Source of the DNA: Sunxiuqinia elliptica | GTDB taxonomy: Bacteria; Bacteroidota; Bacteroidia; Bacteroidales; Prolixibacteraceae | Length of the DNA: 32,000 nt | Direction of reading: 5' to 3' | Assembly (NCBI RefSeq): GCF_900113005.1 | Contig: NZ_FONW01000007.1 | Span: 78,537-110,536, forward strand | Notes under the pieces: model-generated | Seen by the model: the letters and a program-made list of their open reading frames with translations, nothing else | What the model was told of the DNA's origin: nothing | Databases searched by the model: none | Translations under genes and position numbers: made by a program | Shown: positions 8,661 to 19,242 of the stretch, piece after piece | Numbering within the stretch: the first letter of the stretch is position 1 | How the letters are laid out: every line of letters begins with the position of its first letter

Positions 8661-8847
8661 AAAACCATTCGTCTGCCTATTGAAACAAGCAAAAAAGAAA
8701 GAATGTTGTCCTTAGAAAAATCAAAATCAGCCCATTGCTATTGTTTTTAATCAATATAAATAAGCTACCAGAAAACGAATAACATATTGATTATATTGAC
8801 TTTGCCTATCAGACCATGTACCTTTAATCTGACCAAACTTATTCATT

Positions 8848-9384
8848 ATGAATAATCAAATCAGCCTCAACAATGTCAGTTTCGACTTCCTAAAAGGTTC
8901 AACAGAATTTCTAAACTTGGTGATGAACAACATTAGTAGCTGCGTTTTAATGTTGGATAAACACATGCAGCTACAAGCGTTTAATGAGTCGTTGACCACC
9001 ATTTTCTCCAGTCGTCAAAACGAAAACCTCATATATGTTCGCTGTGGTGAAGCCATTGGTTGCGCATACAATATCGAGGAGATGAAAGAATGTGGCAAAA
9101 CAAGCCACTGCGAATCGTGTGGGTTGCGAGAATCAGCCATGATTTCGTATTATCAAAAAATTCCTGTTTTTAAAGAAAAAGTCGCTCGTGAGTTTTACAT
9201 GAAGGATGGGAAAAAGGCCTTGAAGTACCTCCAGTTTTCAACCCGAAGCTTTTACTTCAACAAAGATCGTTACATCATTATGATTGTAGATGATATTAGC
9301 CCGTTGACACAGGCTCAAGACGCACTTAAATACAAAAACAGGCAAATCAACAAGCTAAAAAAACAGATACGAAAAGTCAGTTAA
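8848..9384 (+). CDS. Stand-alone PAS-like sensor domain protein with an embedded Cys cluster and a short basic coiled-coil tail
   Basis: 178 aa. The PAS-like layout is LNLVMNNISSCVLMLDKHMQLQAFNESL ... KYLQFSTRSFYFNKDRYIIMIVDDISPLTQAQDAL. The inserted cysteine pattern is C66-x5-C72-x9-C82-x5-C88-x2-C91. The C-terminus is KYKNRQINKLKKQIRKVS. No recognisable output domain. A strong terminator follows. Confidence 0.6.
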   Translation: MNNQISLNNVSFDFLKGSTEFLNLVMNNISSCVLMLDKHMQLQAFNESLTTIFSSRQNENLIYVRCGEAIGCAYNIEEMKECGKTSHCESCGLRESAMISYYQKIPVFKEKVAREFYMKDGKKALKYLQFSTRSFYFNKDRYIIMIVDDISPLTQAQDALKYKNRQINKLKKQIRKVS

Positions 9385-9388
9385 AAAG

Positions 9389-9420
9389 AACGGAGCTCCT
9401 TATGAAGCTCCGTTTTCTTT
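9389..9420. terminator. Bidirectional intrinsic terminator between the PAS-like gene and the esterase gene
   Basis: The stem pairs AACGGAGCT (9389-9397) with AGCTCCGTT (9406-9414) around an 8-nt loop. A T-rich tract follows (TTCTTTTTTCTT from 9415) and AAAAAG precedes it. Confidence 0.85.
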
Positions 9421-9426
9421 TTTCTT

Positions 9427-10287
9427 CTAATATTGATGAAAAGCATCTGATATAAACGACAGAACTACCGGAAGTGACTCCCGCCAGTAAGTCCAGGTGT
9501 GACCTCCCTGGCGAATTCTGAATTCATGCGGGATATTGTTCTTCCGCATTGCAATATGAGCCAGCGAATTTCCTTCATACAAAAAGTCATCATCGCCACA
9601 ATCGATAAACCAGCGAACGGCCTTTTTATCTTTTTCAGGCATTTGGTCAATTAAGTGCAAGACACTGTATTTTTTGTAGTGAGCCTCAACCTGCTCATCC
9701 GAAGCTCCGGTTTCTCCCCAACGCTCATAGTAGGTTCGAGCATCCTCTTGCTTGATTGGGCCAGTTGCCGCACTCAACGGACAAGCTGAAGAAAATAATT
9801 CGGGATGATGCAAAGCATAGACAAAGGTGCCACCGCCCCCCATCGACAAGCCGGCAATCGCCCGGAATCGTTTCTCGCCTTTAATACGGTATTTTTTCTC
9901 AACATAAGGCATCAGTTCCCCAAAAAAGAAATCCTCGTAACGCCACTCTTCTTTCATATCGTTGAAATAGCCTCTTTTACCGGTGTTGGCATCTGGCATT
10001 ACAATGATCATGGGAGTTGCGGTTCCGCTTTTTATCGCCTCATCGGTAATTCGCAAGACCTCGCCAAACTGAACCCAACCGGTTTGATCATCGCCAGCAC
10101 CGTGCAACAAGTAAAGCACCGGATAGCTCCGTTGTGATGTTTCATAATCAGGAGGCAGGTAAATCGCATATTTACGCTCCATATTCAGGATTTTGCTCTC
10201 CATGGAAAGGTTATCGAATACCTTCCCTGTTTGTGCAGAAAGCGTAATCGAAAAACACACGAGCAACAGTGTGAAAAGATTCTTCAT
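9427..10287 (-). CDS. Secreted esterase, 'putative esterase'/esterase-D-like alpha/beta hydrolase (CE1-like)
   Basis: The track ORF is 9427..10338. I place the start at the ATG at 10287, which gives a clean signal peptide (MKNLFTLLLVCFSITLSAQT). Supporting motifs are YPVLYLLHGAGDDQTGW, the nucleophile elbow GLSMGGGG, and a C-terminal GGHTW. Confidence 0.85.
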   Translation of the reverse strand: MKNLFTLLLVCFSITLSAQTGKVFDNLSMESKILNMERKYAIYLPPDYETSQRSYPVLYLLHGAGDDQTGWVQFGEVLRITDEAIKSGTATPMIIVMPDANTGKRGYFNDMKEEWRYEDFFFGELMPYVEKKYRIKGEKRFRAIAGLSMGGGGTFVYALHHPELFSSACPLSAATGPIKQEDARTYYERWGETGASDEQVEAHYKKYSVLHLIDQMPEKDKKAVRWFIDCGDDDFLYEGNSLAHIAMRKNNIPHEFRIRQGGHTWTYWRESLPVVLSFISDAFHQY

Positions 10288-10424
10288 GACTATTCGTTTT
10301 AGTTGATTGTTTAAGTTCATAAAGATACAATTTAACAAACGAAATAAGCCTGTCTAAGCACAGCGAATCTTCTCAAGTCCAAAGAAAGGAAACTCTAAAA
10401 TAACAACCGCGAGCAAGAGTTTAT

Positions 10425-10472
10425 CAAAAAGAAAGCTGATGCGTAATAAGTTATCGCATCAGCTTCTTTTCT
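10425..10472 (-). terminator. Intrinsic terminator downstream of susD
   Basis: The stem pairs AGCTGATGCG (10434-10443) with CGCATCAGCT (10456-10465) around a 12-nt loop. On the minus strand it is followed by UUCUUUUUGA. It lies 42-80 nt after the susD stop codon. Confidence 0.75.
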
Positions 10473-10513
10473 GGTTCCTCTTATCAAGGATTAACGACTA
10501 TCTTAAACTACGA

Positions 10514-11956
10514 TTAAAAGCCCGGAGTGGCCTCAACCATAGGGTTTCGCTGTACTTCTTCCAAAGGAATTGGGAAATACATGTGCTTATCTTCAAAGTT
10601 TTTCGCATAAGGCTGTTGCGCTGTTGTTAATTGCTCTTTGGTAACTCCCCAACGCACCAAATCGTAAAACCTCACTCCTTCTCCAACCAGTTCGATCATG
10701 CGCTGCTTCCTGATTTCATCACGTAAAGCTTCGCCAGTTAAACTGACATCATCCAAACCAGCCCTGTTTCGAACTTCATTGACATTTTGAAGTGCTTTTT
10801 CACCTTCTCCTAATTCATAATAAGCCTCTGCTTCCATCAACAGAACGTCAGCATAACGCATCAGAATAAGGTCGGCCACACTTCGAGTGGTACTAATAGC
10901 ACTTAAAGACTCCACATACTTAATGCTCATTTTAAAACCAGGATCTTCAAAATTAACCAGTTCGCCGTCGAAAGTTTCGCCACTTTCCAATACCGACGCC
11001 TCTTTGCGAATATCTCCTGGTTCCAACTGACTCATATAATAATCTGAAATACTAGCCATATTCCAGCCTCCGTAAAAATCGCCCGGAGCCATGGCGACTC
11101 CCAATTGATGATACAAATACAAAATATCCAGTTGCTCTTCGGAGTAACCTCTCGAAAAGATGATCTCACTGTTTTGCTCATTTGTTCCATCAAACAAGCT
11201 GCGGTATTCCGATCCACTAACCAAATTATGTCCACTTATTTTTGTGAAAACATCAATTGCTTCCTGGTTCTTCTTATTGTACAAATAAGCTTTCCCAAGA
11301 AAAGCATTTGCCGCACTACTGGTTGCACGTCCCCAATTGGCTTCGTCCCACGATTCAGGCAAATGGCTGGCAGCAAAAGCCAGGTCGTCTTCAATTTGCT
11401 CATAAACGGTTTCCCGGGGAGAGATTGGCAACTGCAATTCAGCTGTCGAACTCGCAACATTTATTGGAAGAATAATGCCGTGAAAATTCATTTGAAGATT
11501 CAAGAAATAAACTCCTCGTAGGAATCGGGCTTCAGCAACCAGCTGATCTCTTTCTTCTTGCGATAAAACTTCCAATGAAGGAACATTGGCGATCACATCG
11601 TTCGCCAGCTTAACGCCTCGGTACCAATTATTCCACATGTAAGCTGGCACACCATCGGCGGCGGTATTGTTAAATCCGACAATACGCCCCAAGTACGACC
11701 AAGCTGTCGTTCCTCCTTCCGGAAACATATCATCTCCTCTAAAATTCTGAGGCAAGTAGTAATATTCGTGGTAACGCCAACCTGTTGTTGTTAAGTATGT
11801 ATAAGCTGATAATACATATTTCTCTGCTGCATCATAACTCACCCAAATTTGGTCTGTTGTTGGCTTATCCGGTGATTCCAGGGTCAGGTATTCATCGCAT
11901 GAAGTCAGCATCAAGGATGAAACCAAAATGACAATATATATTGAAAGATTTTTCAT
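10514..11956 (-). CDS. susD: SusD/RagB-family nutrient-binding outer-membrane lipoprotein
   Basis: 480 aa with a lipoprotein signal (LMLTSC followed by DEY). TPR-like SusD features include RFLRGVYFLNL and AYLYNKK, and the C-terminus has RMIELVGEGVRFYDLVRWG and FPIPLEEVQRNP. It sits immediately downstream of susC with a 22-nt gap. Confidence 0.92.
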   Translation of the reverse strand: MKNLSIYIVILVSSLMLTSCDEYLTLESPDKPTTDQIWVSYDAAEKYVLSAYTYLTTTGWRYHEYYYLPQNFRGDDMFPEGGTTAWSYLGRIVGFNNTAADGVPAYMWNNWYRGVKLANDVIANVPSLEVLSQEERDQLVAEARFLRGVYFLNLQMNFHGIILPINVASSTAELQLPISPRETVYEQIEDDLAFAASHLPESWDEANWGRATSSAANAFLGKAYLYNKKNQEAIDVFTKISGHNLVSGSEYRSLFDGTNEQNSEIIFSRGYSEEQLDILYLYHQLGVAMAPGDFYGGWNMASISDYYMSQLEPGDIRKEASVLESGETFDGELVNFEDPGFKMSIKYVESLSAISTTRSVADLILMRYADVLLMEAEAYYELGEGEKALQNVNEVRNRAGLDDVSLTGEALRDEIRKQRMIELVGEGVRFYDLVRWGVTKEQLTTAQQPYAKNFEDKHMYFPIPLEEVQRNPMVEATPGF

Positions 11957-11978
11957 CTGTTTAAATTTTAAAGTTAGA

Positions 11979-14900
11979 TTAGAAAATTAGCTGAAGACCT
12001 GCAGTGAACGTTCTATACATCGGATAATTGCCATGATCAACCCCCTGAGTCAGTGCATTAACCGGGATCACTTCAGGATCGTAACCGTTATAGTCCGTAA
12101 TTGTAAATACATTGTCGGCATTCACATAAACCCTCAACTTATTCAATTTCATTTTACTTAACAGGGAAGAATTCAAGGTATACCCCAACTGGATATTTTT
12201 AAGACGGAAATAAGAGCCATTTTCGAGGTAACGATCAGACATCATGTAGTTATTGTTATTGTCAATAATGACGTTGCGCGGAATATCTGTATTCATGTTA
12301 TCCGTACGCCAGGCATTGGTCAATCGGCTAGAAACATTATACCCGGAGTTGGCAGCTTCCATCTCGTAGCGGTTTACGTTTAGAATTTTGTTACCCGAAA
12401 CTCCCTGGAAGAACATAGACAGGTCAAAAGCCTTATAATTCAACCCGACGTTAAATCCGTATTCAAAGGTTGGAAGTGGAGAACCAACTTCAGTTATGTC
12501 GTTCGAGTCAATGATTCCATCGCCATTCGCATCAACATAAATAACATCACCCGCCTGAGCATTGGGTTGAATTTTCTCTCCATTTTCACCAACATAACCA
12601 TCAACCTGATCTTGAGATTGAAATAAGCCATCTGTTTGGAACATATAAAACTGTGAGGCTGCACTTCCAACGGCAGAATAAGTGTACGAACCGGCCCAAG
12701 CAATATCATCACCCGGCAGCATACCTTCCTTTCCACCCAATGCAACCACTTCGTTTTTGATGGTCGTAAAATTTCCTTTCAAATCGTATTTTAAGTCACC
12801 AAGTTTTCCCCGGTATCCTAACTCAAGCTCCACTCCTTTGTTCGAGATTGTTCCAAGATTTACAACCGGAGCAGACACTCCACTTGATGGTGGTGTATTG
12901 GGTTCTTCCAGCAGAAGCGATTCCGAATCATTCTGGTAGTAGTTTACCGTACCGTACACCTTATGTTTAAATAAACCGAAATCAAGTCCAATATTCATGG
13001 TTTTAGACTCTTCCCACGCGAGTTGATTATTGGCTAACTCAAATGAACCGATACCTCCTACTGGCGTATTGTTCAACACATACCACCATCCGCCTTGCAC
13101 CAAGGCTTGTCGGGAATAAGCCCCCAAAGATGTTTCGCGCCCCAACACACCATAGGAAGCACGTAATTTCAGCTCTGAAAAAAGATCGGTGTAATCTTCA
13201 AAGAATGTTTCATTATGAATTTTCCAAGCAGCAGAAACAGAAGGGAACACTCCCCAGCGATTGTCTTTTCCAAATTTTGAAGAGCCATCGGTACGTACAG
13301 TGGCTTGAATAAGGTACCGATCGTCGTAGCTATAGTTTAAGCGACTCATGTAGCTAAAACGTGTCACAGTAGCTAATCCACCATTGCCAATAAAATCGCC
13401 GGATTCCATTCCATCAAACGACGGATCGAGTCCTCCAAAATCAGGGAACATAGCCCCGCCGGTGACTTCCATTTCTACATTCTGGTAATCATACTTGTAT
13501 CCAACAATACCTGCCATTAAGGTAAAGTTGTGCTTTCCAAACGTTTTCATGTAGTTCAGGGTAAAGTCGTAATTCAGATCAGACCACTCCGCACGATATT
13601 CTCTTAAATAAGGATCTTGCCGCTGCGTATCTGAGGCCAAAATGTAAGCCGGAAACCAATACCTGTTCTTGTAAAAGTTCTTTGTGTACCCTACATTACC
13701 AGCAGCAAACAAGCTTCCGGTTATCTGATAGTTTAAGCCTAAGTTAGCCTGTAACTGATCTTTTGTCGTTTTGGAATTAAGCAAAGTAGATTGCCCTAAG
13801 GGGTTGGCTCCACTACGTATATCAAATTCATTTAAATAACCATAGCCTGATGCTTTGCTTTCATCATAAACCGGAACCAAGGAGAATGCTTTTTGCATGT
13901 TTGGCATGCTCATCGTATTGTTATCAGTAATGGTGTGCGTATACATCACGTTAGGCATTACCTTCAGATTCCCTTTTTCAAAAGTTGACTTGTAGCGAAA
14001 GTTGTAACGTTCTGTTCCGGTATTGATCACGACACCTTCCTGGTTGAAGTAGTTCGTTGAAAAATTATAGCTCGAAGATTCACCTCCACCGCTTATCCCC
14101 AGAGAATAGTTTTGCACAATGGCTGACCGGAGCGTCTCATCCTGCCAATCGGTATTGGCATAGTTACTTAGCTGAAAGTTTGATCCAGACTGCAAATAAG
14201 CTGGTTTCTGCCCTTCAGTTAGTGAGCCATCATTGACCGAATTACCATATGCCTGCCCCATAATATCGTACCATTCAGCAGAATTAGCCATCGGTAAGGT
14301 GTTGGTCGCATTCTGTACGCCCATGTACATGTTAAAATCGATTTTTGCATCCTGATTTTTCGCGCCCGATTTAGTGGTCACCAAAATTACCCCATTGGCT
14401 GCTTGTGATCCATAGATCGCTGCCGCAGCACCGTCTTTCAATATTTCAAAAGAAGCAATATCATCCGGATTAATCATGGCCAAATCGCCTCCCGGAATTC
14501 CATCAATCACATACAATGGCTGTACATCGCCAAAGGAAGACATCCCACGAATTTTGATGTAGGGTGAAGATCCTGGCGATCCTCCATTAACAACAGTAAC
14601 TCCAGCAGAACGCCCTTGGATCATTTGCCCGGGAGAAGCAGCGGCAATTTTATTGGCCTCATCCGCTTTTACCGTAGAAACGGCACTTGACAGATCGCTC
14701 TTTTTCTGAACTCCATATCCAACAATAACAACCTCATCAATTTGTTTATCACCAGGTTGAAGCTGAACATTATAAACGGTTGACGAGCCACTAACGGTTA
14801 CTTCCTGAGACACATAACCGATATAACTGAACACCAAGACCTTTCCATTTTCCACATCCAATGAGAACTGGCCATCCGGAGCAGTAATTGTTCCTGTGGT

Positions 14901-15074
14901 CGTTCCTTGAATGACAACATTCACTCCGGGAATTCCGAAGCCCGTCTCGTCAGTTACAACACCTGATACAGTGCGCGCATCCTGCGCATAAGAGAAAAAC
15001 GTGTACGATAGCAGTACAGTCAACAAGAGGCTTTTTAAGCCACTACTCTGAATCCTAGTTAACAATTTTTTCAT
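11979..15074 (-). CDS. susC: SusC/RagA-family TonB-dependent outer-membrane transporter
   Basis: 1031 aa. After the signal peptide comes a CarboxypepD_reg-like domain (VSGVVTDETGFGIPGVNVVIQGTTTGTITAPDGQFSL). Next is the TonB-box/plug region (DEVVIVGYGVQKKSDLSSAVSTV, FEILKDGAAAAIYGSQAANGVILVTTK). The terminal beta-strand is YRTFTAGLQLIF. There is no N-terminal STN/anti-sigma signalling extension. Confidence 0.94.
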   Translation of the reverse strand: MKKLLTRIQSSGLKSLLLTVLLSYTFFSYAQDARTVSGVVTDETGFGIPGVNVVIQGTTTGTITAPDGQFSLDVENGKVLVFSYIGYVSQEVTVSGSSTVYNVQLQPGDKQIDEVVIVGYGVQKKSDLSSAVSTVKADEANKIAAASPGQMIQGRSAGVTVVNGGSPGSSPYIKIRGMSSFGDVQPLYVIDGIPGGDLAMINPDDIASFEILKDGAAAAIYGSQAANGVILVTTKSGAKNQDAKIDFNMYMGVQNATNTLPMANSAEWYDIMGQAYGNSVNDGSLTEGQKPAYLQSGSNFQLSNYANTDWQDETLRSAIVQNYSLGISGGGESSSYNFSTNYFNQEGVVINTGTERYNFRYKSTFEKGNLKVMPNVMYTHTITDNNTMSMPNMQKAFSLVPVYDESKASGYGYLNEFDIRSGANPLGQSTLLNSKTTKDQLQANLGLNYQITGSLFAAGNVGYTKNFYKNRYWFPAYILASDTQRQDPYLREYRAEWSDLNYDFTLNYMKTFGKHNFTLMAGIVGYKYDYQNVEMEVTGGAMFPDFGGLDPSFDGMESGDFIGNGGLATVTRFSYMSRLNYSYDDRYLIQATVRTDGSSKFGKDNRWGVFPSVSAAWKIHNETFFEDYTDLFSELKLRASYGVLGRETSLGAYSRQALVQGGWWYVLNNTPVGGIGSFELANNQLAWEESKTMNIGLDFGLFKHKVYGTVNYYQNDSESLLLEEPNTPPSSGVSAPVVNLGTISNKGVELELGYRGKLGDLKYDLKGNFTTIKNEVVALGGKEGMLPGDDIAWAGSYTYSAVGSAASQFYMFQTDGLFQSQDQVDGYVGENGEKIQPNAQAGDVIYVDANGDGIIDSNDITEVGSPLPTFEYGFNVGLNYKAFDLSMFFQGVSGNKILNVNRYEMEAANSGYNVSSRLTNAWRTDNMNTDIPRNVIIDNNNNYMMSDRYLENGSYFRLKNIQLGYTLNSSLLSKMKLNKLRVYVNADNVFTITDYNGYDPEVIPVNALTQGVDHGNYPMYRTFTAGLQLIF

Positions 15075-15108
15075 TCGTTTAAATTTAAATAGTAACTAAT
15101 GAAACTTA

Positions 15109-15147
15109 CATAATCATCGGTCTGTCCGATAAATGATTTTCATTATG
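15109..15147. promoter_or_regulatory. Imperfect dyad symmetry in the susC upstream region (candidate regulator binding site)
   Basis: The sequence is CATAATCATCGG-TCTGT-CCGATAAATGATTTTCATTATG. The inner pair is ATCGG/CCGAT, with outer pairs ATCAT/ATGAT and CATAAT/ATTATG. It lies 35-73 nt upstream of the susC ATG (15074), just upstream of a near-match -7 box (TAAGTTTC on the minus strand, 15101-15108). Confidence 0.3.
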
Positions 15148-15224
15148 CTAGATTCATTTGAATAATAAATTAGATTAGTATAGCTGATTTGTTCTTAGTT
15201 TTTTATTCTTGTTTAGTTTAAAAC

Positions 15225-15818
15225 CTATAGTATTAAAGGGATTAGCAAGGGAACCAAAATGGTCAAAACAATGCCACTGAACAAAGCTACAATAGCATAC
15301 TCTTTTCCTGAAAAGCGTGTAATAACTGGCAAGGTCGTATCCATTGAAGTTGCTCCGGCGCTTGCAATTGGAGACATTTTCCCAAATACCTTAACCAATA
15401 CCGGCGCCAACAAGAGAGACAGTAATTCTCGTGAAATATTGGACAAGAGGGCTATCACTCCAAGTATTGAATCGTAAGTATTTGAGATGATAATACTGGA
15501 CAGGCTGTAATATCCAAAGCCTGCCCCAACGGCCATTCCTTCAGTAAATGACTCAGAAATAAGCCAATAAGCAATACCTGATCCAACAATGCTCCCAAAG
15601 CCGATGGACACTGGAACCAACAGCAGTCCCAGATTGGCCTTTTTCAGGATGTTAATTGAAGCCTCATCCATCCCTAAGCTTACCCCCACCAAAGTCATTA
15701 GTCCATAAAGAGCATAGGTACTCAAATCATGCTCCAAAAGAACTTCCGGTGTAAGCTCATTCAACGACAAAACACATCCGAAAACAAAAAATAGTAAGGT
15801 AATCAGTGCTCCTTTCAT
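15225..15818 (-). CDS. lysO: LysO-family (DUF340) membrane protein, large C-terminal-equivalent half of a split LysO/YbjE
   Basis: 197 aa and polytopic. It matches the C-terminal two thirds of E. coli LysO (YbjE) as I recall it. GAGFGYYSLSS corresponds to ASGFGWYSLSG, AGATSMDTTLPVI to CGATSMDFTLPVL, and LVPLLIPL to LLVPILIA. It overlaps the upstream small half by 4 nt. Confidence 0.85.
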   Translation of the reverse strand: MKGALITLLFFVFGCVLSLNELTPEVLLEHDLSTYALYGLMTLVGVSLGMDEASINILKKANLGLLLVPVSIGFGSIVGSGIAYWLISESFTEGMAVGAGFGYYSLSSIIISNTYDSILGVIALLSNISRELLSLLLAPVLVKVFGKMSPIASAGATSMDTTLPVITRFSGKEYAIVALFSGIVLTILVPLLIPLIL

Positions 15819-16080
15819 CGCTTGAAGTATTTAAGATAAACGACATAAGAACACGCGATACTCCCTAAAACTCCACCCAGCGTTAACACGATAGCCTTGC
15901 CTCCAATAATATGGATATTATCTACAACCTGCTGGTTAGCACCAATGGCAATACCCAGAAACAGTAACAAAACCCAAATCATTACGGTAATACTCTTTTC
16001 AACGCCTTCACGCAATCTGTTTTTCTTCCTTAAAAGAAAACCTAGAAAAATGCCGCCCACCAAAAAAATTAAGGTCTCCA

Positions 16081-16081
<1 letters not shown>
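15815..16081 (-). CDS. lysO: LysO-family (DUF340) membrane protein, small N-terminal-equivalent half
   Basis: 88 aa with three hydrophobic segments. It corresponds to the N-terminal third of E. coli LysO/YbjE. Its ATG shares one nucleotide with the GH2 stop codon (TAATG at 16083-16079 on the minus strand). Its stop overlaps the start of the large half (ATGA). Confidence 0.8.
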
Positions 16082-19230
<3,149 letters not shown>

Positions 19231-19242
19231 TTAGCTTGATTT

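Noticed and set aside
8839-8855. A perfect 17-bp palindrome, TTATTCAT-T-ATGAATAA, spans the start codon of the PAS-like gene.
   Set aside because: It consists almost entirely of A/T. An 8-bp-arm palindrome is expected by chance about once in a 32-kb AT-rich window, and a 1-nt loop cannot form as RNA. I noted it under the PAS finding but do not claim it as a feature.
15075-15224. Possible invertible (phase-variable) promoter upstream of susC, as seen upstream of some Bacteroides PUL and capsule loci. GTTTAAA-containing sequences occur at both ends of the spacer.
   Set aside because: The two copies (CGTTTAAAT at about 15076 and AGTTTAAAA at about 15214) are not true inverted repeats of each other beyond the self-palindromic TTTAAA core. 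No site-specific recombinase gene is nearby.
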